Shown here one piece after another: positions 36,899 through 47,621 of a stretch of 63,655 bases of DNA. The stretch lies in contig JAAYLE010000146.1 of NCBI GenBank assembly GCA_012522085.1, forward strand, positions 1 through 63,655, in the 5' to 3' direction. A program made the translations under genes and the position numbers. Origin of the DNA: Bacillota bacterium (GTDB taxonomy: Bacteria; Bacillota; Limnochordia; JAAZLZ01). The notes below the pieces were generated by a model. It made no database searches, was not told the origin of the DNA, and saw nothing but the letters and a program-made list of their open reading frames with translations. Numbering within the stretch: position 1 is the first letter of the stretch; the number at the start of each line of letters is the position of its first letter.

Positions 36899-36908
36899 TG
36901 CTATATAA
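36880..36908 (-). promoter_or_regulatory. SigE-like (CATA-type -10) promoter for spoIIP
   Basis: Minus strand reads TTATATA-14 nt-CATATATT, which resembles the mother-cell sigma consensus (ATA ... CATACA-T). The -10 ends about 5-8 nt before the SD. Confidence 0.4.
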
Positions 36909-36941
36909 CCCAGGCAAGGGAAGAAGGGGGAAAAGTTGTCT

Positions 36942-39611
36942 TTACTCCATCAGGCTCTCCAACTTCTCCATCACCGCTTCCAGCTCTGCCATGGACTCCC
37001 CGTAAGCCGTCCAATCGCCCTCTTGCAGTTGGCGGCGAGCTTCCCTATAATACTCCACCGCTTGGCGGATTAGCTCTTCCTGGCTCGGCAGCTCCCGGGA
37101 TTCTTGGGGGACTGCCTCCCTCGGCCGGCCAAATATTTCTTGCAAGGCGGCTTGGAAGGTAGGCTGCATTGTAATCCGGTTCTTGTAGGCAACGATGACC
37201 ATCTTCAGCTCAGGCAGCTGGCTTTGCTCTGCCTGCAAGTATAGCGGTTCCACATAAAGCAAAGAGCCCCTAATTGGAATGACCAGCAGGTTCCCTCTGA
37301 CTGCCTGGGAGCCTGTTTGACTCCACAGAGTAAGCTGCTGGGAAATGAAGGTATCCTGGTCGATGCGGGCTTCGATCTGGGCGGGTCCGTAAGTCAGCGC
37401 CTGTTTGGGAAAGCGGTACACCAGAATCTGACCGTACTTGTCCCCGTCACAGCGGGCGGCCATCCAGGCCACCATGTTGTTCCTTCGGGCGGGGGTGAAG
37501 GGCATCATCAGGACGAATTCTTCCTCCGCCTCCCCTTCTAGCCGCATGATGACGTAATAGGGGCTCATAACCTGTTCTCGGCCCCAGGCCACCTCCCGGG
37601 CCGGCTCCCACAGGTCCTCCCGATTGTAAAAGACGGTGGGGCTGCGCATGTGATAAAGACCATAGACCCTTGTCTGCAGTTGGAAAAGCTCCTCGGGATA
37701 GCGCAGATGTTCCTGCAGTCCCCTTGGCATCGCGGTGATGGGTTTGAACAGCCCGGGGTAAACCTGGCTGTACATCTTGATCAAAGGATCTTCTTCATCG
37801 AGGAGATAGAAATCAACGGTGCCATGGAAAGCATCAACGATAACCTTTACCGAACCGCGAACGTAGTTGCCCCATCCTTGATAGGGCTGGGAGTAGGGAT
37901 AGCGGTCCGTAACCGTATAGGCATCCAGCACCCAAAACAGACGGCCCTCATCCAAAACGATATAAGGGTCTGGATCGTAGCGCAGGAAGGGGGCAATTGC
38001 CTGGACGCGCTCTTTGACCGTTCGACGAAACATGAGGCGGCTCTCCCTGGTGATGTCCCGGGAAAGTAGGATCTTGGCCGTGCCAAAACGCAGAGCAAAG
38101 GCCGCCCGGCGAAGGAAATTGGTCAACTCTACTCCCCCTTGCCCCTCATAGCGGGTAAGGGCGTTTTCCTCACCCAATGGATAATCGAACTCGGGCAGTC
38201 GGGTGTTGACAATGACATACTGATCCGTCCGTTCGCCGTAGTAGATCTCGGGGCGGGTGATGGCAAGCTCCTGATGGGGAGTCCTTGGCGGAATGTCGCT
38301 GATGAAGAACTTGGGGAGCCCCTCGGCCGCCGCCTCATTGACGGGCGACATGACGATGCCATAGCCGTGGGTGTACTGCAGATGGGTATTAACCCAGGTC
38401 TTGACCGGCTGGCGCTCGATATCGATCTCTCGCGCGGCCAACATCACTTGCCGGTACTGACCATCCACCATGTAGCGATCCACATCCACATCGGGAAACT
38501 GGTAGTACAGGCGCATTTCCTGGAGCTGGCTGTAGGTTTGGGCCAAAGCCCGCCAATCCCAAAGCCGAATGCTGTCTAGGGTGGCGGACGACTCTTGCAG
38601 CAACCCCCAATCAAGGTCTGCATCCCCTGGATACTCCCGCTCGTCCACATCCGCCAGGCCATAGGCGGCCAAAGTCGCCTGAATGTGGTGCTCGATGAAA
38701 GGTCGCTCCCGCTCCAGTTCGTTGGGCTCGACCACATAGCGCTGGACCATTCCCGGGTAAATGTCGCCCAGGATCAGGGAAGCCGCGCCCAAACCGATAA
38801 GGGTGACCACAAACCCCCGCATCCCCGGTCGAAAAAGGTTAAAGACCAACAGGAAGGCAGCCAGGAGGGCCAGGATGATCAAGACCCTAAGTCCCGGTCC
38901 CAGGGCATGGACATCCGCGTAACCGGCCCCGAAGAACCCGCCCCGCGGGGAATAAACCAGCTCATCAAGCTGGAGACGATATTCCCACGCCTTAAGGAGC
39001 AGAATGCCAACGGCCAAAGCCGTGAGGTGATATTTAGCCCCGCCCGCAATCTGAAACCGCCTGCCGGCCAAGCTGATGGAGCGGGACAGCAAATAAACCA
39101 CCAGGACAACCAGGATCGTCTCCGCCACGATCCCCATGGCGGCACCATTTAGCAAACGATAAAAAGGCAGCTTAAACACGAAGTAGCCTATGTCCCGGCC
39201 AAAGAGGGGGTCGACCCGATTGAAAGCTTGGGCATGCCAAAAGCCCAGCACAGCCTCCCAATTCCGTCCTAAAGAGGTGGAATACAAAAACCCTAAGATG
39301 ATGCTGATCAGGACGAACAGATTGGTGATGGAGCGGGTAGTGATAAATCGCGGCAGGCGGTCTCCCAGTCGACCGAGGGCCTGTTCCATCTCCCGCCGCG
39401 CAAAGGATAGATTGAGGAACATGAACAAGGCGAAAGCCAAGCCCACGGCCAGGCGCACTCCCGCCCGGTAAAGGATGCTTCGCCAAAACACCCCTTCATA
39501 ACCCAGAGCTTGAAACCAAAGAAGGTCGGTGTACCAGCCGCTGCCCGCGACAAGCAGGGCGGCTGCCCCACCGATCAGGATCAACGTCAACGCCCTTGCT
39601 CTCTTGGTCAT
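36942..39611 (-). CDS. UPF0182-family large membrane protein
   Basis: 889 aa with an N-terminal multi-TM region (GWYTDLLWFQALGY...) and a large extracytoplasmic C-terminal part. ATGA overlap with rodZ. Confidence 0.75.
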   Translation of the reverse strand: MTKRARALTLILIGGAAALLVAGSGWYTDLLWFQALGYEGVFWRSILYRAGVRLAVGLAFALFMFLNLSFARREMEQALGRLGDRLPRFITTRSITNLFVLISIILGFLYSTSLGRNWEAVLGFWHAQAFNRVDPLFGRDIGYFVFKLPFYRLLNGAAMGIVAETILVVLVVYLLSRSISLAGRRFQIAGGAKYHLTALAVGILLLKAWEYRLQLDELVYSPRGGFFGAGYADVHALGPGLRVLIILALLAAFLLVFNLFRPGMRGFVVTLIGLGAASLILGDIYPGMVQRYVVEPNELERERPFIEHHIQATLAAYGLADVDEREYPGDADLDWGLLQESSATLDSIRLWDWRALAQTYSQLQEMRLYYQFPDVDVDRYMVDGQYRQVMLAAREIDIERQPVKTWVNTHLQYTHGYGIVMSPVNEAAAEGLPKFFISDIPPRTPHQELAITRPEIYYGERTDQYVIVNTRLPEFDYPLGEENALTRYEGQGGVELTNFLRRAAFALRFGTAKILLSRDITRESRLMFRRTVKERVQAIAPFLRYDPDPYIVLDEGRLFWVLDAYTVTDRYPYSQPYQGWGNYVRGSVKVIVDAFHGTVDFYLLDEEDPLIKMYSQVYPGLFKPITAMPRGLQEHLRYPEELFQLQTRVYGLYHMRSPTVFYNREDLWEPAREVAWGREQVMSPYYVIMRLEGEAEEEFVLMMPFTPARRNNMVAWMAARCDGDKYGQILVYRFPKQALTYGPAQIEARIDQDTFISQQLTLWSQTGSQAVRGNLLVIPIRGSLLYVEPLYLQAEQSQLPELKMVIVAYKNRITMQPTFQAALQEIFGRPREAVPQESRELPSQEELIRQAVEYYREARRQLQEGDWTAYGESMAELEAVMEKLESLME

Positions 39612-40486
39612 TCCGCAGCTTCCTTCCGGCCGCCGTCACCATATTGGAGGGTAGCCACGGTCCTGGTAGGCAGGCTGAGCAGCTCGCCGTTAAAGAAGGC
39701 TTTAACACCGCTTGGATTGCCCATTCTCACCCACAGACCATGCTCGGCCTCCCACCGGGCCTGCTCTCCTGCTTCTAGGTTGCGGTAAACGATGCGCACT
39801 CCATCGGCATGCACTTCAAACCAACATGTCTCCTCAACGACTACCTCCAACACAAAAGCGGCTTGGGCGGGCACTTCTTCGGGAGGCTCCTCCTCAGGGG
39901 GTTCCTCGGCCAGCTCGGGCTCTGCTGGGAGGACCGGTTCGACAACGGCTTCGACCAGCGGATCCTCCTCGGGAATCTCCACTGGAGTGAAGGAAAAAGA
40001 CTCCTCGACCGTCACTTCCGGCAAAGGCGGCAGCTCCACTTCCGCCTCCGGGATCGGCTCGACGGCTTCTTCGACCACAGGGATGGGCTCTGCCGGGGCG
40101 GCCTCTTCTAACGGAGGTTCGGACCGGAAGCCAAAGAAGTAAGCCAGTCCACCGATCAACAGCAACAAAAAGAGCGCTGATCTAAAGGATGGACGACGAG
40201 TTCGACGACGGGGGGCGCGTCGGGGCTTTTCTTCTTCGCTTTCAGCCTCAAGCTGAGCCTTCAACCCTTGATAGCGGGCGACCACATCCCAGCCGTTCAA
40301 ACCGATGGCCTCGGCATAACTGCGCAGGAAGCCCTTGACATACACTTCCGCCGCAATGCATTGAAATTCACCGCTCTCAATCGCTTCCAGGTAACGCATG
40401 CGGATCTTAGTCTGTTCCTGGATATCCTTCAGGGAGTAGCCTCTCCTTAGCCGCTCATTCCGTAGATACTCCCCCAACTCCCGCAC
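39608..40486 (-). CDS. rodZ: RodZ-like cytoskeleton protein (HTH + TM + DUF4115)
   Basis: N-terminal HTH LGEYLRNERLRRGYSLKDIQEQTKIRMRYLEAIESGEF, a basic-TM segment, an E/P-rich linker and a C-terminal beta domain. Confidence 0.8.
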   Translation of the reverse strand: MRELGEYLRNERLRRGYSLKDIQEQTKIRMRYLEAIESGEFQCIAAEVYVKGFLRSYAEAIGLNGWDVVARYQGLKAQLEAESEEEKPRRAPRRRTRRPSFRSALFLLLLIGGLAYFFGFRSEPPLEEAAPAEPIPVVEEAVEPIPEAEVELPPLPEVTVEESFSFTPVEIPEEDPLVEAVVEPVLPAEPELAEEPPEEEPPEEVPAQAAFVLEVVVEETCWFEVHADGVRIVYRNLEAGEQARWEAEHGLWVRMGNPSGVKAFFNGELLSLPTRTVATLQYGDGGRKEAAE

Positions 40487-40504
40487 ATGACTCCCCCCTT
40501 TGGC

Positions 40505-42655
40505 CTAACCGACAGTCTCCTTCTCTTCTGCCAGCAGTTCTTCGGCTTCCTCCTGACTGATCAGGACTTCTCGAGGTTTGCTGCCTTGATAACCTCCCAC
40601 CACTCCCCGCATCTCCATCATGTCCACCAGCCGCGCCGCCCTGGTATAACCGATCCGGAAACGACGCTGCAGCATCGACACCGAAGCTTGCCCAATTTCA
40701 ACCACCAATCGCACCGCATCGGGAAACAGCTCATCATCCATGATCGCCTGGCCGTAGGCTCCCTCGTCCTCCTCTAGGACGTCGGGGATATACTCTGGCT
40801 CGGCCCGTCCTTTCCACCACTCGATCAGTTTCTCCACATCTTTATCGGAAATAAATGCTCCCTGAACCCTCAGGGGCTTGCTCATGCCCACCGGATAAAA
40901 GAGCATGTCGCCTTTACCGAGGAGGCGTTCCGCCCCCACCATATCGAGGATGGTGCGGGAGTCCACTTGCGACGAGACGGCGAAGGCAATGCGCGACGGA
41001 ATATTGGCCTTGATGAGCCCGGTAATTACATCCACCGACGGACGCTGCGTGGCGATGATCAGGTAAATCCCGGCTGCCCTGGCCATTTGGGCCAAGCGGC
41101 AAACAGCCTCCTCCACATCCCCTGCGGCAACGAGCATCAAGTCCGCCAGCTCATCGATGATGACCACCATCAAAGGCAGCGGCTCTTCATCGGCCAGCTG
41201 GTTGTAGGACTCGATGTTGCGCACCCCCGCGGCGGCAAAAAGCTTGTAGCGATTCTCCATTTCCCCCACCATCCAACGCAAAGCCGTCGCCGCCTTCTTG
41301 GGCGATGTCACCACTGGGCAGAAAAGATGGGGGATGCCCTCGTACACGGCCAGCTCGACCCGTTTGGGGTCGATCATCAGGAGCTTGACTTCATCGGGGC
41401 CGGCTTTGAAAAGTAGGCTGGCGATGATGCTGTTAAGGCAAACGCTCTTGCCTGACCCTGTCGCCCCGGCAATCAAGAGGTGGGGCAGCTTCTCCAGACT
41501 GGTTACGACCGCATTGCCGGCGATGTCCTTGCCCAGGGCGATGGTCACTTTCGACGGGCTGTCGATAAAAGCCGCTGATTGCAAAACCTCTTTGAGGTAG
41601 ACTGGACTTCGCTCTTTGTTGGGCACCTCGATGCCCACCACCGACTTCCCTGGGACGGGGGCTTCGATCCGCACCCCAACGGCAGCTAGGGACAAAGCGA
41701 TATCATCAGCCAGACTAACGATGCGGCTCACCTTAATGCCTGGCGGAGGCTCAACTTCATAACGGGTAATGACCGGGCCTTGGCAAACCTGCACCACTTT
41801 CGCCGGAACGCCAAAGCTCTCTAAAGTCCTCTCCAATAAGTCGCGCTGGTCCACATTCTTTTGCCCCCGTCGGGCCTTGCGGGAGCCCCCGTAATCATCT
41901 AAGAGATCAAGAGACGGAAAGGGACCACCCGTCTGAACTGTCGCTTTCGGTTCTTTCTGGGGGAGAGCTGTTTGGGGAGCCTCCGGCTCTTCATCCCCGG
42001 ACGGGACAACCCGAGCTGCTGAAGCCTTCGGGCGCGGCGCTGGCGCCGGCGCACTTTGCCGTTCCCGCCGGTGCCTCCTGAAGACCTGAGCCACCCATGC
42101 CCCCATCGTACGCAACCCGGCCGTCAGCTTCCCGATGAGCTGACTTGGCGATGTGTCGGTCACCAGCACAAGACCCAAGAAGGCTGCGAAGGCCAAGAAA
42201 ACCCTGGCGCCGTGCCGACCGAAAAAATGAAACACCAGCACACATCCCAAAGCTCCGAGCGAACCACCGCCCATTCCTTGCCTGCCCATCCAGAAAAGCT
42301 CTTGCGAAGACAGGGTTTCGAGCAGCGCAATGGACTCCAAGCGCAAGTGCAGCATGGTCAAGAAAACCCATACGAGGCAAATCATCCCCAAGGCCCGAGT
42401 CCACATCCGTTTGGCCTTATCCTTGGACAACAGCTGCTGCCAGCCCCACCAGAAAAGAACGAGCAGAGGGACATCCGCCCCTTGTCCGAAGGCGTGGCGC
42501 AGAAAACCGCCGAGGTAGCGACCTACCTGGCCCGTGGCATCGGAGCGGATGCTCAGCCAGCCAAAGACGGCGCCCGCAATCACTAGTAGGCCCCCGATTT
42601 CTCGCCACCTATTCGAGGGCACCAATCGCTTAAAAAGACCTCGAGGCTCAGACAT
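40505..42655 (-). CDS. ftsK: DNA translocase FtsK/SpoIIIE
   Basis: 4 N-terminal TM segments, a linker, the motor domain ([27 protein letters not shown]) and a gamma wHTH domain. Start is ATG 42655 behind GGAGAGGAAGG; the track start 42838 overlaps pgeF. Confidence 0.92.
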   Translation of the reverse strand: MSEPRGLFKRLVPSNRWREIGGLLVIAGAVFGWLSIRSDATGQVGRYLGGFLRHAFGQGADVPLLVLFWWGWQQLLSKDKAKRMWTRALGMICLVWVFLTMLHLRLESIALLETLSSQELFWMGRQGMGGGSLGALGCVLVFHFFGRHGARVFLAFAAFLGLVLVTDTSPSQLIGKLTAGLRTMGAWVAQVFRRHRRERQSAPAPAPRPKASAARVVPSGDEEPEAPQTALPQKEPKATVQTGGPFPSLDLLDDYGGSRKARRGQKNVDQRDLLERTLESFGVPAKVVQVCQGPVITRYEVEPPPGIKVSRIVSLADDIALSLAAVGVRIEAPVPGKSVVGIEVPNKERSPVYLKEVLQSAAFIDSPSKVTIALGKDIAGNAVVTSLEKLPHLLIAGATGSGKSVCLNSIIASLLFKAGPDEVKLLMIDPKRVELAVYEGIPHLFCPVVTSPKKAATALRWMVGEMENRYKLFAAAGVRNIESYNQLADEEPLPLMVVIIDELADLMLVAAGDVEEAVCRLAQMARAAGIYLIIATQRPSVDVITGLIKANIPSRIAFAVSSQVDSRTILDMVGAERLLGKGDMLFYPVGMSKPLRVQGAFISDKDVEKLIEWWKGRAEPEYIPDVLEEDEGAYGQAIMDDELFPDAVRLVVEIGQASVSMLQRRFRIGYTRAARLVDMMEMRGVVGGYQGSKPREVLISQEEAEELLAEEKETVG

Positions 42656-42707
42656 GCCATCACCTTCCTCTCCAGGGTATTCGCCTTTCTGAGGGCAAAA
42701 CCCTTGG

Positions 42708-43475
42708 TCAAAGGAGCACCATAATTGAAGCCATGCGGCCGGTTTTTCCACCCGAACCCCGGTGGGAAAAAAACAGATCTTGACGGCAAGAGGTGCAAAT
42801 TTCGCTTGCTTGGATGTTCTCAGGGGGAACCCCCTCACGCATCAAGAGGCGCTGATTAGCCCGGGACAAATCCACAAAGAGCTTCCCCTCCCGAGAATGA
42901 ACTACATCGAGAGGCGCAAACTCCTCCGCAACCTCCGGCCCAACCGAATAACAGCAAGGACCGATGGAAGGGCCAATCCCAACCAGGCAGCCGCTAGGCT
43001 TGGTGCCAAAAGCCTGCCCCATCGCCGCTAGGGTGATCGGACCGATGCGGGCCCTGGTTCCCCGCCACCCAGCATGGGCCATGCCGATAGCTCTATTCCA
43101 GGGATCATAAAAAACCAGGGGCACACAATCGGCATACAAAGTGCTGAGGACAATTCCCTTTCTGTCAGTGATGAGGGCGTCCGTATCTCGATAAAGGTGG
43201 TAATCCCCTGGTAGGTCTTCGATTCTGGCCACTTTAGTCCCATGGACTTGCCAGGCTGCCGCCCGCGGCAGCCCCTCCAGCCCCAAGCTATCCAGGACTA
43301 GCCGCCAGTTTTGGTCCACTGCCGCTCGATCATCCCCGCAGCTTCGGCCCAGATTGAGGGTTGCAAAAGGGCCCTTGCTCACACCCCCTCGCCTGGTGGT
43401 AAAGGCACAAAGGACTCCCCGCCAACCGGGGGGAGCAAAGTAAGTCAGATCTTTTGTTTGCTTTAATTCATACAT
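42708..43475 (-). CDS. pgeF: YfiH/PgeF-family (laccase-domain) peptidoglycan editing factor / purine nucleoside enzyme
   Basis: [27 protein letters not shown] and HAGWRGT motifs. Start is ATG 43475. Confidence 0.85.
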   Translation of the reverse strand: MYELKQTKDLTYFAPPGWRGVLCAFTTRRGGVSKGPFATLNLGRSCGDDRAAVDQNWRLVLDSLGLEGLPRAAAWQVHGTKVARIEDLPGDYHLYRDTDALITDRKGIVLSTLYADCVPLVFYDPWNRAIGMAHAGWRGTRARIGPITLAAMGQAFGTKPSGCLVGIGPSIGPCCYSVGPEVAEEFAPLDVVHSREGKLFVDLSRANQRLLMREGVPPENIQASEICTSCRQDLFFSHRGSGGKTGRMASIMVLL

Positions 43476-43479
43476 GACC

Positions 43480-43938
43480 TTAGTCCCTCGGGGGAAGGAG
43501 TTTCTCGAGCTCCTCGATGAAGCGATTAATATCTTTGAACTGCCGATAGACAGAAGCAAAGCGCACGTAAGCCACCTCATCCATCTCCCGGAGCCTCTCC
43601 ATCACCATTTCGCCGATTGCGACGCTGGTGACCTCCCGCTCCGGTCGACTGCGCAGCTCCCGCTCCACCTCGTCGACCATCTTCTCTACCTCTTCCAAGG
43701 ACACCGGCCGCTTCTCCAGCGCCTTTAACACTCCGCCCAGAATCTTGGAGCGGGAAAAGCTCTCCCGGCGGCCATCCCTCTTAACGACCATCAAGGGCGT
43801 CTCTTCCCAACGTTCATAGGTCGTAAAACGGGCGCCGCAGGCACTGCACTCTCGGCGCCGGCGAATGCACTTGGCGTCCTCCGTTGAGCGAGAGTCGATT
43901 ACCCTGCTACCTAAGGCCTGGCAAAATGGGCAGCGCAT
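43480..43938 (-). CDS. nrdR: Transcriptional repressor NrdR
   Basis: MRCPFCQ...DSRVIDSR...[16 protein letters not shown] zinc ribbon followed by an ATP-cone. Confidence 0.95.
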   Translation of the reverse strand: MRCPFCQALGSRVIDSRSTEDAKCIRRRRECSACGARFTTYERWEETPLMVVKRDGRRESFSRSKILGGVLKALEKRPVSLEEVEKMVDEVERELRSRPEREVTSVAIGEMVMERLREMDEVAYVRFASVYRQFKDINRFIEELEKLLPPRD

Positions 43939-43969
43939 TTGTTGCTCCTTCGCGGGATCTTTTACCTTA

Positions 43970-43998
43970 ATTATATAGAATAAGCCAGGGATCGTCCA
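43970..43998 (-). promoter_or_regulatory. SigA-type promoter upstream of nrdR
   Basis: Minus strand reads TGGACG-17 nt-TATAAT. Confidence 0.4.
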
Positions 43999-44009
43999 CC
44001 CAGCGGGGC

Positions 44010-44258
44010 CTATCCTAGATTATCTTTCATATCCACCAAGATAACGTCGACACCGATCTTCACGATGGCAGACCACGGAATGGCCACATCAGTCCCCCGA
44101 TTGAAGAACCAGAGAAACCGTCCCGGGCCGGGGAGGATGATGGCTTTGATCTCCCCCGTGTCCAAGTCAATCTCCATGTCGATGACATTTCCCAGGCGCC
44201 TGCCATCGCTGATATTGATCACATCCAGGAGGCGCAACTCGGAAGCCTTGACCAGCAT
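44010..44258 (-). CDS. ylmC: YlmC/YmxH-family sporulation protein (PRC barrel)
   Basis: [40 protein letters not shown]. Start is ATG 44258. Confidence 0.85.
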   Translation of the reverse strand: MLVKASELRLLDVINISDGRRLGNVIDMEIDLDTGEIKAIILPGPGRFLWFFNRGTDVAIPWSAIVKIGVDVILVDMKDNLG

Positions 44259-44329
44259 CCCCCCCACCCCCTCATTCATATGTATGTGGGAGGATGCGGG
44301 TACGTTCCGTCCGCTGCGTCGGGGAAGTT

Positions 44330-45007
44330 CTAGCGCCGACTAAACCGGGGGGAAACTCCGAGTAGCAGGCTTGATAGACCTTGCCGACTGGCCGCAAGGA
44401 GTTTTTGGCCCCAAGGAGTCAGGATGGGGCCTACTTGCTCCCAAGTTTTCCAACGCCATTTGTAGGTGATCTGTTCGCCTTGAGGTTCTGGTTCCACCTC
44501 GACCCCTTCATCCAACAAGCAGAGGGGAGGGAAAAGAACGCACCACCAGTTCCGACCCCGTCCCTCTCCAATGATCACCTGTAATGACTGGTACTCACCG
44601 GCGGCCAAAGCCAGTCGACCGTATCTGCGGGGGGGAAAGGTGAAGGTGCCAAGCTGAGCGGTCACCGTCTGGTGGCCGTGGCCTGCTTGGGCTAAGGTCA
44701 GCCGCGCTGTCCTTTCCAGATGGTCGATGTTTTCCTCCAAGATCGCCCTGGCTTCATCTAGAGTCTCAACGCCGTTAAACAATCGCCCGGTCTCTCTCAG
44801 GACGGCATCGCGCACCTCAAGTTTCAACCGTTGGTCCTCTGGCGAGTTGCTATGGGCAAGAACATGTAGGCGGAGCAGATTCTCTGGCGAATAGGCCCGG
44901 GGAGATGAACCGCCAAAGTAAAGATAGCCCCACAGACCGGCAAAACCGGCGAATATCATCCCGATGATGGCTGCACTGACCAACAGACGCGTGCGAAAAG
45001 CATCCAC
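44330..45007 (-). CDS. spoIIR: Stage II sporulation protein R
   Basis: TM segment followed by LRLHVLAHSNSPEDQRLKLEVRDAVL... GTG start behind a GGAGGG SD. Confidence 0.88.
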   Translation of the reverse strand: MDAFRTRLLVSAAIIGMIFAGFAGLWGYLYFGGSSPRAYSPENLLRLHVLAHSNSPEDQRLKLEVRDAVLRETGRLFNGVETLDEARAILEENIDHLERTARLTLAQAGHGHQTVTAQLGTFTFPPRRYGRLALAAGEYQSLQVIIGEGRGRNWWCVLFPPLCLLDEGVEVEPEPQGEQITYKWRWKTWEQVGPILTPWGQKLLAASRQGLSSLLLGVSPRFSRR

Positions 45008-45019
45008 TTCTATTCCCTC

Positions 45020-45793
45020 CTAGCCGCTCATCTGTTTGCGAAGGTGCCTAAGGGCGGCCTTTTCCAGGCGGGAGACCTGCGCTTGCGAGATGCCGATCTC
45101 CTCAGCGACCTCCATTTGGGTGCGACCTTCGAAGAAGCGTTTAGTCAGGATCATCTTCTCCCGCTCGTTAAGCCTTCCTAAGCCTTCCTTGATTGAAATC
45201 CCCTCTATCCAGCTGGCATCTTGATTCTTGTCATCGCTGATCTGATCCATTACGAAGATGGGATCGCCTCCGTCGTGATAGATGGGCTCAAACAAGGAAA
45301 CCGGGTCCTGGATGGCATCGAGCGCGAAGACCACCTCTTCCCGAGGCAGCTTTAGCTCCGCCGCAATCTCGCTGATGGTAGGCTCTTTCGCATACTTGTT
45401 GACAAGGCTGTCCCGCACCTGAAGAGCCTTGTAGGCGATATCCCGCAAGGAGCGACTCACTCTGATGGGATTATTGTCCCGCAAGTACCGACGGATCTCG
45501 CCGATGATCATCGGCACCGCGTAGGTGGAGAATTTCACGTTCTGACTTAGGTCAAAGTTGTCGATGGCTTTCATCAGGCCGATACAGCCGACCTGAAACA
45601 AGTCGTCCACACACTCGCCGCGATTATTGAAGCGCTGAATCACACTCAGAACAAGGCGTAGATTGCCCTGGACCAACTCCTCTCGCGCTTTGAGGTCGCC
45701 CTCCCGCACCTTTGCCAGTAGTTCTTGCATCTTGGCGTTGCCCAGGACAGGAAGTTTGGAGGTGTTTACCCCGCAAATTTCTACCTTGTTCAT
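45020..45793 (-). CDS. sigG: Sporulation sigma factor SigG
   Basis: VEICGVNTSKLPVL...GNLRLVLSVIQRFNNRGE.VDDLFQVGCIGLMKAIDNFD...VKFSTYAVPMIIGEIRRYLRDN is the forespore sigma G signature. Confidence 0.93.
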   Translation of the reverse strand: MNKVEICGVNTSKLPVLGNAKMQELLAKVREGDLKAREELVQGNLRLVLSVIQRFNNRGECVDDLFQVGCIGLMKAIDNFDLSQNVKFSTYAVPMIIGEIRRYLRDNNPIRVSRSLRDIAYKALQVRDSLVNKYAKEPTISEIAAELKLPREEVVFALDAIQDPVSLFEPIYHDGGDPIFVMDQISDDKNQDASWIEGISIKEGLGRLNEREKMILTKRFFEGRTQMEVAEEIGISQAQVSRLEKAALRHLRKQMSG

Positions 45794-45826
45794 ACCCTCG
45801 CTCCCCCCAATACCCGTTTACGTTCT

Positions 45827-45856
45827 CATTATTGCCCCGAAATTGACAGGTTATAC
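45827..45856 (-). promoter_or_regulatory. SigF-type forespore promoter for sigG
   Basis: Minus strand reads GTATA-15 nt-GGCAATAATG, a full match to the SigF consensus GYATA-N15-GGnnAnAnTR. It lies 33 nt upstream of the sigG ATG. Confidence 0.7.
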
Positions 45857-45932
45857 TGGTCCCAATCATAGGAGGAAATTGACTACAGCTTTCTTAATTA
45901 ATAGTTTGAAAGGTAGTCGTGGGGGGATGGGC

Positions 45933-46889
45933 ATGGCGTACGTAATCTATCTTGACCAATTGATCGCCATGACGATGGCCAATTGGCTGTTTGACCTGCT
46001 TCTTCTCTGGGCCACCAGAGAAGTGATGAAAATTCCGATCCACCGCAAGCGGCTCTTTGTTGGCGCCGGCATCGGCGCTTTGTACTTCATTGTTGAGCGC
46101 CTGGCCTTCTATCGCCTCTTGCCATTCTATGGCCTTTGGCGATCCCCGCTGGCCATGTTCCTCGCCTCTTTGTTGATGCTCAGCGCAGCCTTCTATCCCC
46201 TGCCCCCAACTCGCTTCTTGACTGTAGCCGCCTATTTCTATCTCATTTTTTGCACGGCTGGCGGAGCAGGCACCTTGGTTGCCAACTTGTTCGGCTCACC
46301 CCATCAGCCTAATGTGTTCCTGGGCGCCATCACTTCCATGGGAGTCATCCTCATCATCGCTGAGCTCGGCTGGGGACTGATCCAGAAACAAATCTGGTAT
46401 CACTTTTATCAGATTCCCCTGTCCATCAAGTTTAATAACAACGAACTGTTGATCACGGCCCTGGTGGATTCAGGCAACCACTTGCGCGATCCTATTTCCC
46501 GCGCCCCCGTGATCATCGTTGAGGAGTCAGCTTTGACGTCTTTGCTGCCCGAGGCAGTCTTCGAGGCAGCAAAGAGCCTCGAGCAAGGAGACTTGGATGC
46601 TATCGATCAGATCCCTTTCCCCTGGTCGACGCGCCTTCGCATCATACCCTACGCGTCCATCGGGAAAAGGGAGGGGATGTTGATTGGACTTCGCTGCGAT
46701 GAGGCGGGGGTGATGGTGGGCCAAGACCGCATCCCTTTAGGCCAAGGGCTGATCATCGGCCTTTACAACAACCGGCTCTGCCCGGAAGGCTCCTACCGGG
46801 CCTTGATTCACCCGGAAGTGATCCATAAGGCCGTCCTCAAGCAAGGGGCCAGTTGGGGATCAGCCAAGTTTCACAGCACACAAGTCTAA
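45933..46889 (+). CDS. spoIIGA: Sigma-E processing aspartic protease SpoIIGA
   Basis: MAYVIYLDQLIAMTMANWLFDLLLLWAT..., multi-TM N-terminal part and ALVDSGNHLRDPIS (DSGN active site). Start is ATG 45933 or 45927. Confidence 0.9.
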   Translation: MAYVIYLDQLIAMTMANWLFDLLLLWATREVMKIPIHRKRLFVGAGIGALYFIVERLAFYRLLPFYGLWRSPLAMFLASLLMLSAAFYPLPPTRFLTVAAYFYLIFCTAGGAGTLVANLFGSPHQPNVFLGAITSMGVILIIAELGWGLIQKQIWYHFYQIPLSIKFNNNELLITALVDSGNHLRDPISRAPVIIVEESALTSLLPEAVFEAAKSLEQGDLDAIDQIPFPWSTRLRIIPYASIGKREGMLIGLRCDEAGVMVGQDRIPLGQGLIIGLYNNRLCPEGSYRALIHPEVIHKAVLKQGASWGSAKFHSTQV

Positions 46890-46904
46890 CAGGGGGGACC
46901 ATGG

Positions 46905-47621
46905 ATGATACCGTTCAAAGCACGACTTGGACTATCTGTTCAGCTCTTTGTGATTCGCCTACTCCAACGAATCGGCATTATGTCCCGGGGGATCTACTAC
47001 GTGGGTTCGAGCGAAGTCCTTCCTCCCCCCCTGTCCCCGGACGAGGAAGCCGCCTTGATCGGACGACTTGAGGCGGGCGATCGCAGCGTCAAGGGGACCC
47101 TAATTGAGAGGAACTTGCGATTGGTAGTCTACATCGCCCGCAAGTTCGATAATACAGGGGTTTCTATTGAGGATCTTGTCTCCATTGGGACCATTGGTCT
47201 CATCAAAGCCGTGAACACCTTCGATCCGAGCAAGAAGATCAAACTGGCCACCTATGCCTCCCGCTGCATTGAAAACGAGATTCTCATGTATCTGCGGCGA
47301 AGCAGCAAGACGAGGGCGGAGATATCCTTCGATGAACCGTTGAATACCGATTGGGACGGCAACGAGCTTCTCCTATCTGATGTCTTGGGAACCGAAAGCG
47401 ATGTGCTCAAATACATCGAGGAACAAACGGACCGGGCCATTCTCGAACGGGCCATCGAGCGGTTGACCGACAGGGAGAAGAGGATCATCGAAGAGCGGTT
47501 TGTCAAAGAAAAAACCCAGAAGGAAGTAGCCGACCTTCTGGGAATATCACAGTCATATATCTCTCGCTTGGAGAAGAAAATCCTGAAGAAGCTCCGCAAG
47601 GAGATTAAACAGCTGGAATAA
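46905..47621 (+). CDS. sigE: Pro-sigma-E (mother-cell sporulation sigma factor)
   Basis: Pro-peptide followed by [14 protein letters not shown]...[62 protein letters not shown]. Confidence 0.95.
   Translation: MIPFKARLGLSVQLFVIRLLQRIGIMSRGIYYVGSSEVLPPPLSPDEEAALIGRLEAGDRSVKGTLIERNLRLVVYIARKFDNTGVSIEDLVSIGTIGLIKAVNTFDPSKKIKLATYASRCIENEILMYLRRSSKTRAEISFDEPLNTDWDGNELLLSDVLGTESDVLKYIEEQTDRAILERAIERLTDREKRIIEERFVKEKTQKEVADLLGISQSYISRLEKKILKKLRKEIKQLE

Noticed and set aside
39790-40200. Repetitive E/P/A-rich coding stretch, considered as a tandem DNA repeat.
   Set aside because: It is the low-complexity linker of RodZ (…EEPPEEEPPEEVP…). I saw no exact DNA repeat unit, and such linkers are typical of RodZ.
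40505-42838. ORF-track N-terminal extensions, for example ftsK to 42838, mraZ to 62485, scpB to 2985, csp to 24404 and recA to 17325.
   Set aside because: The extensions overlap upstream genes or lack an SD. Internal starts with good SDs reproduce the canonical N-termini.
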